Shown here in pieces: positions 1-13,375 of a stretch of DNA of 64,000 nucleotides. The first letter of the stretch is position 1; each line of letters opens with the position of its first letter. The notes beneath the pieces were generated by a model, which saw nothing but the letters and a program-made list of their open reading frames with translations, was not told where the DNA came from and did not search any database. The position numbers were made by a program, and so were the translations under genes. The stretch covers positions 117,862,001-117,926,000 of the forward strand of contig NC_043000.1 of the NCBI RefSeq assembly GCF_006345805.1, written 5' to 3'. The stretch comes from Octopus sinensis. Taxonomy: Eukaryota.

Positions 1-105
1 AGTGACGGTTTTAAAGAGGGTTTCGTCTTTCACCAGAACAATTCCGAGATTTACACTTTTACGTCAGCTTGTCAATTATGATACATATTGAATAAGTTTA
101 TAATT

Positions 106-362
106 AAGGCGGCGAGTTGGCAAAAGGCGGCGAGCTGGCAGAAACGTTAGCACGCCGGGTGAAATGCGTAGCCGTAATTCGTCTGCCGCTACATTCTGTG
201 TTCAAATTCCGCCGAGGTCGACTTTGCCTTTCATCCTTTCGGGGTCGATTAAATAAGTACCAGTTACGCACTGGGGTCGATATAATCGACTTAATTAAAT
301 AATTACCACTGGGGTCGATATAATCGACTTAATCCGTTTGTCTGTCCTTGTTTGTCCTCGCT
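106..362 (+). mobile_element. tRNA-derived SINE, family A (OK-like)
   Basis: Head GGCGGCGAGCTGGCAGAAACG, B-box-like GTTCAAATTCC and central GAGGTCGACTTTGCCTTTCATCCTTTCGGGGTCGAT. More than 20 related copies or fragments occur in the window. Confidence 0.85.
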
Positions 363-738
363 GTGAGACAAACAAACGGATTAAGTCGATTATATCGACC
401 CCAGTGCGTAACTGGTACTTATTTACTCGACCCCGAAAGGATGAAAGGCAAAGTCGACCTCAGCGGAATTTGAACTCAGAACGTAAAGACAGACGAAATA
501 CCCATTTCTTTACTACCTACAAGGGGCTAAACACAGAGGACAAACAAGGACAGACAAACCAATTAAGTCGATTACATCGACATCAGTGCATAACTGGTAC
601 TTAATTTATCAACCCCGATAGGATGAAAGACATAGTCAACCTCGGCGGAATTTGAACTCAGAACGTAGCGGCATATGAAATACTGCTAAGTAAGCATTTC
701 GCCCGGCGTGCTAACGTTTCTGCCAGCTCGCCACCTTT
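363..738 (-). mobile_element. Family A SINE dimer
   Basis: Two body+tail units and one head; junction GACGAAATAC|CCATTTCTTT near 500. Confidence 0.8.
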
Positions 739-1205
739 GAATGAGATGAGTTAATAACGGAACGTTTGCATGGTTACCCGACCTGCGAGAGATTGCAATG
801 AAATCTTCCTGAAATCTGACCTTACCATATCAGACTCCCTACGACAAAGTAGCAGAGAAGCCGTTCGATAATCTGATACTGTATCTATTAAGGAACTTGT
901 ATTCTAGTTGGAGAGTTTGCGAACCAGCAGAAATAGATACGTTGTCTTGCCCCCTGGCCAACGTGAATTAGGCCACGTTTAACATGATTGAACAAGTCCA
1001 TGTTTAACGTGATTCGACTAGTCCACCTGCAGTCAGTAGACTGTTATCAGAGGAATTATTAAAGTGAACGTATAAAATGATATTTTTTTCCGCTGATACT
1101 TGCCATGTTTCATCAATGTGCTTATTTTTACAAGTATTCTCCCAGTGACCGAGTCATGTCCTTACTAACGTCTCGTGGAATTATTCTCCCAGTACCAACT
1201 AAATT

Positions 1206-1499
1206 GAAGGCGCAATGGCCCAGTGGTTAGGGCAGCGGACTCGCGATCGGAGGATCGCGGTTTCGATTCCCAGACTGGGCGTTGTGTGTGTTTATTGAGC
1301 GAAAACACCTAAAGCACCACGAGACTCCGACAGGGGGTGGTGGCGACCTCTGTTGTACTCTTTCGCCACAACTTTCTATCACTCTTTCTTCCTGTTTCTT
1401 GAGTAACGCTGCGATGGACTGGCGTCCCGTTCAGCTAGGGGGAACACATATCCACAGAAACCGGGCCCATGAGCCTGGCTAGGCTTGAAAAGGGCGCAT
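1206..1499 (+). mobile_element. tRNA-derived SINE, family D (OR-like)
   Basis: A box TGGCCCAGTGG and B box GTTTCGATTCC; second copy at 10949-11251; 3' tail shared with family C. Confidence 0.8.
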
Positions 1500-1964
1500 A
1501 AATAAAAAAAATAAAAGTGAATAAACCAACTAAAGCCAAATATCGAGTGGAATTATCTATTTCTCTAGTTATTTTGTGAAAGTTTTCTCCCTTGCCTCTT
1601 TCGACAGGAATTTTCATTAATGCTAATAGTTTTCTATCTCATGACGGTTATAAAATCAATTGATTGAAAAGTATTGTCGGCTCACCACACTAAATATGGC
1701 AGTCTGCTCTCATCTATTTTTCATGCGAAAGGTATATCTGGCAAATTTAGCGACATTACTATTTTGATTTTACCTGAAGAATTTCTAATTGCAAATTTCT
1801 TACATGTTTATTCAATACCTGCAACTTTGTCTTTTCTATTAGCAAATGAAATATATGTAACGGCGGTGCCCCAGCATGGCCACAGCTCATGAGCTGAAAC
1901 TAAAATCAATCAATCAATCAATGGCGAATAAATAACACTGAAAGTTTGTTCCAACTTCATGTTT

Positions 1965-2411
1965 TGATATATATGTGTGCGTGTTTGTGTGTGTGTATAC
2001 ATATTTGTATTTGTATGTATGTTTGTATGTATGTTTGTACGTATGTATGTATGTTTTTACGTATGCATGTATGTACGTATGTATGTATTTATGTATATTT
2101 GTATGTATATATGTATGTTTGTATGTGTGTGTGTCTGTATGTTTGTATGTATGTATGTATGTTTGTATGTTTGTATGTAAGTATGTATGTATTTATTTTT
2201 GTATGTTAGTATGTTTGTATGTATGTATGTATGTATGTATGTGTGTGTATGTATGTATGTATGTATGTATGTATGTATGTATGTATGTATGTTTGTATGT
2301 AAGTATGTTTGTATGTAAGTATGTTTGTATGTAAGTAGGTTTGCATATATGTATGTTTGTATGTATGTATGCATGTTTGTATGTAAGTAGGTTTGTATAT
2401 AAGTATATTTG

Positions 2412-2445
<34 letters not shown>

Positions 2446-2870
2446 TGTATGTATGTTTGTATGAACGTATGTATGTTTGTATGTATGTATTTATTCTGCA
2501 TGAAGAACTTAAGCGTGCTGCTCGAAAGCGCACTGCTAGTGTAGTGAATGAGGAAAGCCTGGTTTACAATGTTTTCAGTCGTGTGTGCTTATCAAGAGCA
2601 GGGCTCATTAGCCACCAACGGAGCCGCAAATGCAAAATATTAGTCCTAGAGCGCACAATTTTCATAAAGGTCAGTAATGGTCTTCCTCGCTCACGAGTGG
2701 ACGGCCATCATGTACGTATGTATGTATGTATGTATGTATGTATGTATGTACGTACGTATGTATGTATGTATGTATGTATGTATGTATGTATGTATGTATG
2801 TATGTATGTATGTATGCATGTATGTATGTATGTATGTATGCATGTATGTATGTATGCATGTATGTATGAT
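1965..2870. repeat. (TATG)n microsatellite array, interrupted by an RTE fragment
   Basis: Direct reading; source of the MYVC/HTYI pseudo-ORFs. Confidence 0.95.
2490..2712 (+). mobile_element. RTE-clade LINE 3' fragment
   Basis: Peptide LHEELKRAARKRTASVVNEESLVYNVFSRVCLSRAGLISHQRS resembles the decayed C-terminal zinc-finger motif of RTE ORFs; ends GGACGGCCATCAT followed by a microsatellite. Confidence 0.6.
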
Positions 2871-3164
2871 GTGTCGTTCTAATACCTTGGTAACTATGAA
2901 TGAGCTACACTTCGCAGAGGAAATCTAATACGGCCAAAATATATCTAAAGTTGTTACTTTGGCTGTCAAAAATCTGACTCACTTAACCCCCTACCCGTAT
3001 ATCTTCATTTAATATTTCTGGTCGATTGAAATATTGAGAGTTTCCTCCCTTGAGCCTTTTGAAATTTGTTTTCGTTAACAGTAAAGACATTTATTTTTGA
3101 AGTGATTAAAAATTGTTTTGGGTTCGAATATCTTAAATATGATAGCCATGATTGTTACATTATT

Positions 3165-3626
3165 TGGATCGTTTCGGTTTGAACGGCAGTTTTTTCTAGC
3201 GGTGTCATATGAAATTGTCACCCATAATTATAACCGATCTATTATAACCATAATTATATCGATCTATTGCATTTCAATCTGTTTTATGGTTATGGTTAGT
3301 TAGGTTTAAGGTTAGGGTTAGTGGTGGGGGGAAGGGTATCTTTATTTCTTCACAAATGTAAATAAACCCAATCTGTTTCTTAAACGAGGGACATATTCAT
3401 ACAGCACAGAATATTTTTTTACCTCAATATACGTATTTGATTGGTTGAAATTGCAGAAATTGAAGAAAAAAAACAACAACAAATATCTTACAAACTATAG
3501 AATTTTCTCAATAAAGCCAAGAGAAAAAAATGTTTTATAAACACATTCTACCAGTATACGAAGTTTAAAATTTTTTAGTTACCTAGAAATTATGTTAAAA
3601 ACTGCCGTTCAAACCGAAAAGGTCCC
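3165..3626. mobile_element. MITE with ~29-bp TIRs (PIF/Harbinger- or ISL2EU-like)
   Basis: Left TGGATCGTTTCGGTTTGAACGGCAGTTTT and right AAAACTGCCGTTCAAACCGAAAAGGTCCC; ATT on both flanks; internal TTAGGG-like run near 3297-3322. Confidence 0.75.
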
Positions 3627-4044
3627 ATTATTTTAGTTAAAAAGCATCCCTATGATATTCACTATCAAATAAGATTTCTTCATCTGTCTCAGTACATAAC
3701 GCTAGTCCTGATTTGGCTTGTATGTGACGGATGATGTGTCACAGTCAACTCAATGTTAAATCCTCACGTGTAGGCATCTGCTGTTAGGTAAATAACTCAT
3801 ACGATTACGGTATTATTGTAAATATGTAGTAGTAGAGATGGTAGCTAAAACCCTAGCGTAAGTTTTTCTGCTTTTCCTTCTTAAATTACAACAAATCTCT
3901 TGGGATGTTCAAAATCTGTCAAGCTGAAAATGTTGCTTATGATTGTTAAAATCTGGCAACGATTTTATAATTATTCCCATCGGAAATTATAGAAATTTAC
4001 ATTTAAAGTCACATTACCCAAATCTGTTTACATACCTGTAAGAA

Positions 4045-4112
<68 letters not shown>

Positions 4113-4456
4113 GAGGGAGTGAAATATAACACAATATTGTTGATAACGCCATCAACTATTATTTTGTTTTTCTGACTACAACTTGTTGCTGTAAATGTTA
4201 ACGGCCGCATAACATTTAAATAGTCAGGAGGTTGAAGACATGGTACAGAGAATGAACGAGTATAGATATATTATTGATAGTTTTACAGTATAGAGCCAAG
4301 GTTCAGACTATAAAGAATGTTTATTGCTTTGCCATGTAACATTTCAAACAAAATATTACAGCTTTATTTTGACAACGCCCGAAATACATTTAAATACACG
4401 TTCCTACTGTATCACATTTGTATTTCCAAATATGCAATTATATTGCTGTGAGGAAG

Positions 4457-4528
<72 letters not shown>

Positions 4529-4884
4529 ACGTTTTCAAATCTATTTTACCGATAAGAGAGAAATACAAGATCTGGAGTAGATTTCTACTGCATATTCATA
4601 TTTAATCGATAGATGTCGAGTAATATCATTTTCGTAGTGGTAGAAGTAAATTTACAGAAATTTTAGACGGTTACTCGGTTTTCGTTTTCAATTAAGGTTG
4701 TATCACATTATTTACACCACTAAAAGCCGTGTGGAAAGAATGAGTGCTACAGCATTTCTAGTACAATTTAAGGACTATCTGCACTGTCAAAAGAATCTAA
4801 AATTGTTAGTGGACCAAATCTAATCTATTCAATTAAATTTGTTGTTTAGCCATCATATTCGAGTTGTGTACCGGTAGATATGTA

Positions 4885-5085
4885 ATATTTTCTACTCTAG
4901 GCAAAAGGTCTGAAATTTTGGGGGAGGGGGGCAGTCGATTATATCGACCCCAGTGCGTAACTGGTACTTAATTTATCGACTCCGAAATGATGAAAGGCCA
5001 AGTCGACTTCGGCGGAATTTGACCTCAGAACGTAGCGGCAGACGAAATACCGCTAAGCATTTTATCTGGCGCGCTAACGATTCTC
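4885..5085 (-). mobile_element. Family A SINE with alternative 3' tail (..CCTAGAGTAGAAAA)
   Basis: Same body as family A with a different tail; similar copies at 5990-6150, 26745-26930 and 62810-63952. Confidence 0.75.
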
Positions 5086-5591
5086 CAAGCTAGTTAGTCA
5101 CCTTATAACTCTTTACAATAATACTTCAATTTTCAATTTATCGTTTCAAATAATCTATTCTCTCTAATGAATATTTCCTTACTGGAAATTTTGCAATACC
5201 TTCGCCAACTGCCTCACCTCGATTTATTTATTTTATGATGGTATATCTTACAAATTCGATGAAAGGGAAAAAAACAGAAATCCCTTCTTCGAAAGTTCTA
5301 CTGAAGCGTCATTGTGCTTTAGATGTAGAATCATTGTTCAATAATTTCCAGGTGATTTCTCCGTAAATTATAATCTGAAATGACGGACAATGTTTAGTCA
5401 TGTCATTAGGGCCGACGATAAAATGACATCCTGTACGGAATAATAAAGAAGAGGCTCCGAAATGACATGTATAGTAAATTAGTAGATAAATAAAAGCCGA
5501 GTTAACATGACGTTGTATAAAGTCTCCCAGGAGAGCAATAGACTGCTGAGAAATACTGATATGGACCACACCGATATATATATATATATAT

Positions 5592-5623
<32 letters not shown>

Positions 5624-6246
5624 ATATATCGTGTGTGTGTTTATGCTGTCAGTGACATTGTTCTAGATATATGTGTTCTAAAGTGTAGGTTAATGTCACT
5701 TCTCTTCGCTCAGTAAATGTATAGCCCAGATAGTAAGCGTGTAAGTAATTATGGAGCTAACCAACCGACCAACCAACAATCGAGTCAACCAGCTAGCCAG
5801 CCAGCCAGCCAGCCAGCCAACCAGCTAGCCAGCCAGCCAACCAAATAAACAGTCAGCCAATGTAACCAGCAAGAAATGATATATAGAGTAATGACGTCAT
5901 GAACAAAAGATATTGATCATGGTCGACAACAGTGAACCGACCAGCTCATAGAAAAAGCTCAGTTAGCAAGCCAGGTAATTAAGAATGTATTCTTTTCTAC
6001 TCTTGGCACAAACCCCGAAATTTTGGGGGAGTGAGGAGAGTCGATTAGATCGACCCCCATACGCAACTGGTACTTAATTTATTGACCCCGAATCGATGAA
6101 AAGCAAAGTGGACCTCGACAGAATTTGCACTCAGAACGTAAAGACAGACGAGTAAATAAGAATATATTATATTTTCAAAATTCAAAAGATAATCAGAAAA
6201 GCTGATTTGGTGAGCTTATTTGGCTAAACGTAGCTTTGTATAAGTA

Positions 6247-7536
6247 CGAGGGGCGTTCAATAAGTAATGCCCCTGACCCACTTCCCATAGCAGTAGAGCA
6301 ACGAAACTTGGCACAGTTATTAGTCTTTTTCTACATAGGAACCATCCAGAGTTACGCATTTCTCCCATCGTTTGATGCAGCTCTGGAGACCGTTTTTGTA
6401 GAAGAACCCAGCTTGGTCCTCCAACCTGAACGTGACTTCAGAAATCAAGGCTGCATCATCTGGGAAACGCTTTCCTTTGAAAAACAACTTCATGATTGGG
6501 AAGAGGTGAAAATCAGAGGGTGCAAGGTCAGGAAAGTAGGGGGGATGGGGAAGAGTTCATAGCCATACGCCTGTGCTTCTGATCTGGCGACAAGCGAGTT
6601 GTGGACCGGAGCGTTGTCCTGCAGGAGGAGGATGCCTTTGCTGATCTTGCCCCGCCTCTTGATTTTGATAACTTCTCTTAATTTCCTCAAAAGTGAAGCA
6701 TAATAGGCTCCTGCAATTGTGGTACCCTTTGCCAGGAAATCTGTCATCACTACTGCGTCCTGGTCCCAGAAGACTGTAAGCATGACCTTGCCAGCGGAGG
6801 GCTGCACCCTTGCCTTCTTTGGAGGGGGTGAGTCACGGTGCTTCCACTGCATTGACTGGGCTTTGGTCTCTGGATCATCGTGATTGACCCAGGTTTCATC
6901 CTGTGTAATCAGTCTTTTGAAAAGTTTTGACTCATCTTCTTGGCACATCTCCAAATTCACCCTCGAGCACTCGACGCGTTCTTGCTTCTGGAAAGGCGTG
7001 AGCAACCTGGGAATCCATCTGGCAGACACCTTTTGCATATGCAAATGGTCATGAATGATAGTTTCCACAGACCCGGTACTAATATTGACCTCATGGGCTA
7101 TTTGGCGAATAATTATGCGTCGATCTTCCAAAATGGCAGCCTCAACTTGACGGACAAATGCCTCATCAATGGCAGAAGGGGGCGACCAGATTTGGGAGCT
7201 GTTTCCACAGAGTTCCGACCATATTTGAATTCACGATGCCAGCGTTTTACAAGGTCATATGATGGGGCATCATTACCATAAGTTACTTTCATTTCATCAA
7301 AAGTCTCCCGTGGTGTGCGTCCTTTCAAATACAAAAACCGGATCACTGCTCGACACTCAACAGGCTCCATTTCACACTTGACTCGGTTCAAACACCTGTA
7401 AATCAGAAACCACAATTAATTCAGAGCTGTAATTTGCCACTTACTCTATAGAGATATAAATGATTGCACATGCAAAATTTAGCTAGATCAAACAACTGCA
7501 AGTGGGTCAGAGTCATTACTTATTGAACGTCCCTCG
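6247..7536 (-). mobile_element. Mariner (DD34D) DNA transposon, 1290 bp
   Basis: 37-bp TIRs CGAGGGGCGTTCAATAAGTAATG.. with 3 mismatches; TA at 6245-6246 and 7537-7538. Confidence 0.95.
6320..7370 (-). pseudogene. Mariner transposase with two frameshifts
   Basis: MEPVECRAVIRFL.. HTH region, WIPRLLT, catalytic ITQDETW, LLQDNAPVH and PYFPDLAPSDF motifs; ends YVEKD*. Confidence 0.9.
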
Positions 7537-7874
7537 TATGTTGTTATCAGGAAATTCTGGCGAAAAGCTAAAAAAGCGTTTACAGAAGTTTACTAGTTGC
7601 CGTAGTTTTTATCATTTACTTTAGATTCATCTTACGATTAAAGTAAACAAAGTTTGCTTTAGAAGCGTTGAGATGTATCGAAAGATACAGAAATAAGTTA
7701 TTTTCAAACGCATGATAATACAATAGCATGAACAGGATAAACTAACCATATATTGCAGAAAGAATCGTTACCGGCCAGCCATGAGACTCGAACTCACATT
7801 TCTGTGATTACGTGTCGAGTGCTCTACCTTTAAGCTAAACCGCATTTGAGAATAAATTATATCTGTATCTTATA

Positions 7875-8061
7875 TCTTTTACTTATTTCAAGTTTGCTAC
7901 TTATTCTATCGGTCTCTTTTGCCGAACCGCTAAGTTATGAGGACATAAACACACAAGCATCGGCTGTCAAGAGATGCTGGGGGGACAAACAGATACACAA
8001 GCATATACACATACATACATACATACATACACACACACACACGCACGCACGCACACACACA

Positions 8062-8134
<73 letters not shown>

Positions 8135-8254
8135 CGACGGACTTCTTTCAGTTTCCGTCTACCAAATCCACTCACAAGGCTTTGGTCGACCCGAGGCTGT
8201 AGTATAAGACACTTGCTCAAAATGCCACGCAGTGGAGCTGAAGCCGGAACCATT
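7875..8254 (-). mobile_element. tRNA-derived SINE, family B (internal CA/TA microsatellite, AAGAGT-repeat tail)
   Basis: GGATTTGGTAGACGGAAACTGAAAGAAG domain; the head remnant lies displaced at 8595-8614. Confidence 0.8.
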
Positions 8255-8594
8255 CTTTCTTTTAAATTGCCATAAAGGAATTACAGAGTAGGGGACACTA
8301 AAACACATGTGGGGACATATAACAATAAAAATAAAATATGATGCTATAAATGACACATGAAAATGAACATGGAAAACATTAAAATCAAAATATTAAAATG
8401 ATGATACATGAATGATAACTGAGAAATGAGAATATGAAAAGTGTGTTACTCACCCCACACTAAGTAACACCACTCGCCACCTCTTAGTCCTGAGTCCTTT
8501 TTAGTGTTTAATCTAGTATTTCCTTTTTCTCGATCGCTGGGTGACAACACTCTCTCCTCCTTGTACACGTAACCTTTTTCACCGGGGGAGGGGT
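8255..8594 (-). mobile_element. Probable LINE 3' UTR fragment inserted in the family B SINE head
   Basis: Splits the SINE and replaces ~24 nt of it; A-rich 3' end GGCAATTTAAAAGAAAG on the minus strand. Confidence 0.4.
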
Positions 8595-8691
8595 CACACG
8601 GCCACTCCTGCGCCATATATATCACCGTTTCCTATTTCTTCTTTATTACCAAATCTATGTGACGACATGTTTCGCAAAAGATCTCATTCTT

Positions 8692-9195
8692 AAGATCGTT
8701 CCGCCGACCTCCCTGAATAGGGGGGAGCGAGCCTGTTTTCTCTCGGTAGTTGCTGTGGCGAAAGAAGTAGTATGGAAGACGAGAGTGAAAGAAATTGCAA
8801 CAGGCATGTTTATCTCCAGTCTCGAGCTAATCGACTTTTTCGTTTTCCACATGAAACGGAAAATAAGGCTGGAGAAGAAATGCCTGTCGCAAAGTGTGTT
8901 TCGTAAAAGATGGAAGTATATAGCAAGTATGTTGCGAGTGGAAGAACCTGTTTAAATCAGAATATAAAAAAGGAGAAAGCAAAGTCTTCAGGGTGAGTAT
9001 GTGGTTTGTGGGGTCGACCGCGTCCTCCGCTTCATTTTTTGTTAATCACTCATTCTCATTTAATTGTATATATTTTAATTGTTTGTTTATTCATACGTTT
9101 CGTTTCATTCGATACCCTGACCCCAATGTTTGTTTGTCTGTCCTCGTATCGTTCCTGCTTTTTCTCAACCTTAAGGTGAATAAAGAAATACTCTT
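8692..9195 (+). mobile_element. Tx1/L1-type LINE 3' fragment (ORF2 C-terminus + 3' UTR)
   Basis: KIVPPTSLNRGERACFLSVVAVAKEVVWKTR..HMKRKIRLEKK aligns with the 15148-15648 ORF; ends AATAAAGAAATAC. Confidence 0.75.
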
Positions 9196-9324
9196 TCTAT
9201 AAGCAAACTGTACACAACTCAGTATCTGCTTTCGTGTTCAATAATTAACCTTTCATAATCATGCGCGCAACACTGTCACAATTTTAAGAGGAGTCCACCA
9301 TGTGGTACAAACTTTGTTAGCATG

Positions 9325-9733
9325 TATGTCTTTACTACCTACAAGGGGCTAAACACAGAGGGGACAAACAAGGACAGACAAACGGATTAAGTCGATTATA
9401 TCGACTCCAGTGCGTAACTGGTACTTAATTTATCGACCTCGAAAGGATGAAAGGAAAAGTCAACTTCGGCGGAATTTGAACTCAGAACGTAGCGACAGAC
9501 GAAATACTTATTTCTTTACTACTCACAAGGGGCTAAACACAGAGGGGACAAACAAGGACAGACAAGCGGAATAAGTCGATTATATCGACACCAGTGCATA
9601 ACTGGTACTTATTTAATCGACCCTGAAAGGCAAAGTCGACCTCGGCAGAATTCGAACTCAGAACGTAGCAGCAGACGAAATACTGTTGAGCATTTCGTCC
9701 GGCGTGCTAACGATTCTGCCAGCTCGCCGCCTT
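9325..9733 (-). mobile_element. Family A SINE dimer
   Basis: Two units with one head; flanking repeat AACTTTGTTAG(C/T)ATG at 9310 and 9744. Confidence 0.85.
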
Positions 9734-10148
9734 CGAGTCGACTAACTTTGTTAGTATGATTAGTACTATACTTATGATATCGTATGTTTCAGCACTAGCT
9801 GAGTGATTCAGTCCCGTGCCGAAACATCACATGTACCGGCTTGCATTTTTAACCATTAACCTATTTCATTCATTAAACAACAGACTAATTATATAAGCTA
9901 CTTAGTAAACGTGAACTCAAAATAAATTCATTTAAATTAAGAGAAAAATTCATCCAAGTAAAAATAAAATTCAAGTAACAAATTTGGTCCCTAATCAACA
10001 ATCTGGGAACAAAGTATCAAAACTGCAAAACAAAAGTCTCCAACAAGTTCTACTTTAATTTCAGCATTAGTTTCGATAGAATGGTTTTACGATTTATAGC
10101 TTTGTCATTGAGTGTTTGCAAGATTTAGTTACACTATTTTAAGACAGT

Positions 10149-10577
10149 AAGGTGGCGAGCTGGCAAAAACGTTAGCAAGCCGGGCGAAATGCATAGCGGT
10201 ATTTGGTCTGCCGTTACGTTGTGAGTTCAAATTCCGCCGAGGTCGACTTTGCCTTTCATCCTTTCGGGGTCGATAAATTAAGTACCAGTTACGCACTGGG
10301 GTCGATGTAATCGACTTAATACCTATGTCTGTCCTTGTTTGTCCCCTCTATGTTTAGCCCCTTGTGGGTAATAAAGAAATAGAAATAGGTATTTGGTCTG
10401 CCGTTACGTTCTGAGTTCAAATTCCGCCGAGGTCGACTTTGCCTTTCATCCTTTCGGGGTCGATAAATTAAGGACCAGTTACGCACTTTATCGTTTGTCT
10501 ATTCTTGTTTGTCCTCTCTGTGTTTATCCCCTTGTGGATAGTAAAGAAATAGGTATTTCGTCTGCCGCTACGTTCTG
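10149..10577 (+). mobile_element. Family A SINE dimer plus start of a third unit
   Basis: Junctions AAATAG|GTATTT(G/C)GTCTGCCG near 10388 and 10552. Confidence 0.8.
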
Positions 10578-10700
10578 AAATTTGTAGATGTTTTTGGCTT
10601 CATTGTTGTATGGTGAGTGTTGGCGATGATAATTTGTAGTTTGTTGGAAAAAGGATGGAGAAATTGTGGCCAAAAGTTTGTGATTGCTTGATATATGGGA

Positions 10701-10940
10701 TGTGGAGGCGCGTGGGTTAGGGTGTTGAACACATGATCGTAAGGTTGTAGTTTCGATTCCTGGACCGGGCGATGCGCTGTGTTCTTGAGCAAAACACTTC
10801 ATTTTCACATTGCTCTAGTCCATTCAGCTGGCAAAAATGAGTAACGCTGCGATGGACTGGCGTCCCGTCCAGGTGGGGAATTTCTACGCCACTGAAACCG
10901 GGAAACCGGCCCTTATGAGCCTGGCATGGCTCTAGAAGGA
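10701..10940 (+). mobile_element. tRNA-derived CORE-type SINE, family C (OR-like)
   Basis: GTTCTTGAGCAAAACACTTCA..TTGCTCTAGTCCATTCAGCTG core; other copies at 19059-19303 and 51120-51370. Confidence 0.8.
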
Positions 10941-10948
10941 ACATTTTT

Positions 10949-11251
10949 GGAGGCGCAATGGTCCAGTGGTTAGGGCAGCGGACTCGCGGTCGGAGAATCG
11001 CGGTTTCGATTCCCAGACCGGGCGTTGTGTGTGTTTATTGAGCGAAGACACCTAAAAAGCTCCACGAGGCTCCGACAGTGGGGGGGGGGCGACCCCAGTT
11101 GTACTCTTTTACCACAACTTTCATTCTCTCTTCCTGTTTCTTGAGTAACGTTGCGTTGGACTGGCGTCCCGTTCAGCGGGGGGTGGGGGACACATACGCC
11201 ACAGAAACCGGGAAACCAAGCCCATGAGCCTGGCTAGGCTTGAAAAGGGCG
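10949..11251 (+). mobile_element. Family D SINE
   Basis: Matches 1206-1499. Confidence 0.8.
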
Positions 11252-11816
11252 ACGTTTATCATTTTATCGTTGATATGTAGAAAATGATTTCTTGTAGCTG
11301 GTTTCGCGTTGTATGTTTGTTGGCGTAGATTGTTTAAGACATGAAGTGAATTTGTTCACTAATACAGTTCCATACCATGTTACAGTACTTAGTAGCAGAT
11401 CAATTTAGATGAGTGAGAGACAAACAGACAAACACAGAGGGAATGAGAGAGACCAGTGAGTACTTGGGAAAGTTATTAAACATCCTTTGAAAATAACCTA
11501 AAATCGATGTATTTGTAAGCCTTTGAACACTTAAACTTCTTAAACCGAAGCGGATTAGAACAGTAAAATAACAACTAGATGATGGAGAACGAATTCTATA
11601 AAACATGACGTAGTTAATAAACTTGATAATTAGAGGATTAATTAACTTATATAGTACACAGCATATGGAGTTATATAAGCAAAATTAACAAAGCTGAACC
11701 TTTGCAAGAAATGAGTTTAAACAATATGGCTGTAGTAAATTTAAAAAGACAGGAATTCAAATTAAAAATCAATTATTTCAACTTGTTGATTCCATTTTCA
11801 ATATTTAAATGTAAAG

Positions 11817-12025
11817 AAAGGCGGTAAGCTGTCAGAATCGTTGGCACGCCGGACAAAATGCTTAGCGGCATTTCGTCCGTCTTTACGTACTGGGCTCAAA
11901 TGCTGTCGGCTTTGCCTTTTATCCTTTCGGGGTCGATAAAACAAATACCATTTGGGCAGTGGAGGTGATGAAATCAACTTAGCCCCTCTCTCCGACATTG
12001 CTGGCCTTGTGTCAGAATTTGAAAC
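11817..12025 (+). mobile_element. Family A SINE with third tail type (..TGGCCTTGTG..AATTTGAA)
   Basis: 14-bp flanking repeat AATATTTAAATGTA; similar copies at 28195, 34925, 53495, 60465, 60675 and 62650. Confidence 0.75.
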
Positions 12026-12039
12026 AAATATTTAAATGT

Positions 12040-12430
12040 AGGCGTAGGAGTGGCTGTGTAGTAAGTAGATTGCTTACTAATCACATTGTTCCGGGTTCAG
12101 TCCCACTGCGTGACACCTTGGGCAAGTGTCTTCTACCAAAGCCTTGTGAGTGGATTTGGTAGACGGAAACGGAAAGAAGCCCGTCGTATTTATGTATATG
12201 TATATATGTATGTGCGTGTATAAGTTTGTGTGTCTGTGTTTGTCCCCCAACATCGGTTGATAACCGATGCTGGTGTGTTTACGTCCTCGTAACTTAGCGG
12301 TTCGGCAAAATAGACCGATAGAATAAATACCAGGCTTACAAAGAATAAGTCCTGGGATCGATTTGCTCGACTAAAGGCGGTGCTCCAGCATGGCCACAGT
12401 CCAATGACTGAAACAAGTAAAAGAGTAAAG
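12040..12430 (+). mobile_element. Family B SINE
   Basis: AGGCGTAGGAGTGGCTGTG head through AAGAGTAAA tail. Confidence 0.85.
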
Positions 12431-12892
12431 AAAGGCGGCGAGCTGGTAGACACGTTAACATGCCGGACACAATGCTTAGCGGCATATCGTCCGTCTTTAC
12501 GTTCTGAGTTCAAAATCCTGTTGAGGTCGAGTTTGCTGTTCATCATTTCACGGCCGATAACATAAATACTCAATGAGCACTGGAGTCGAGAAATGAGAAA
12601 CAAATATGTAAATGTTAGAAATTAAAAAAGAAAAATATGAAATAAAACACAGCAGCAATACAATATATATATTCATTCATTTACTTGACTGTGGCCATGC
12701 TGGAGCACCGCCTTTATTCGAACAAATCAACCCCCATGACTTATTCTTTGTAAACCTAGTACTTATTCTATCGGTATCTTTTACCGAACTGCTAAGCTAC
12801 GGGAATGCAGATACACCAATGCCGGTTGTCAAACGATGGTGGTCGTGGGTGGGGGTGGGGCGTATTCACAGACACACACACACAAATATATA

Positions 12893-13375
12893 CAGGGTGC
12901 GTAAGGTATTTGAGAACATACCTTTTTTAGGTCATTGCTGCATTTTTTGCTAACTCTGTGTAATCTTTGTTTCAGAAAATAATAATGGCAGACCCTCAGC
13001 TTACTTAAGAGGTGAAGAGGCATGCCGTTACTGTGGCTATAAAGGCTGAGCATAGCGATTTAGAAATATCTCGATTTTTAAAAGTTGCCAGATCTTTCGT
13101 CTATAAAGTTTGTAAGGAGTTAGAGACTGAAGATGGAAACATATCACCAATATCAAAGCATACAAAGTACAAATCCTTCTAAACGTTCTGAAACCATCAG
13201 AAACCCTGAAATTATCCAACAAGTTCAACAGACCATTGATTACAATCCCAGAAAGTCCATGAGATCAAATTCAAAATATCTCCATGTATTAGAAAGAACA
13301 GTCAGAAATGTTGTCCACGAAAACATCAGATATAGGTTTTAAATGATGAGGATAGGTCAATTTGTCACCAACTTG
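12893..13375 (+). mobile_element. Tc1/mariner-superfamily transposon, 5' fragment
   Basis: TA|CAGGGTGCG end; decayed MADPQLT*EVKRHAVTVAIKAEHSDLEISRFLKVARSFVYKV..KRSETIRNPEIIQQVQQTIDYNPRKSMRS HTH region. Confidence 0.75.

Noticed and set aside
1206-1280. tRNA-like sequences
   Set aside because: These are SINE heads continuous with SINE bodies, and I could not fold a full cloverleaf.
1946-2928. ORFs rich in MYVC/HTYI, and similar YIYI/CVCV ORFs across the window
   Set aside because: They are translations of microsatellites.
3297-3322. TTAGGG-like telomeric repeats
   Set aside because: Only a few degenerate units, inside a MITE.
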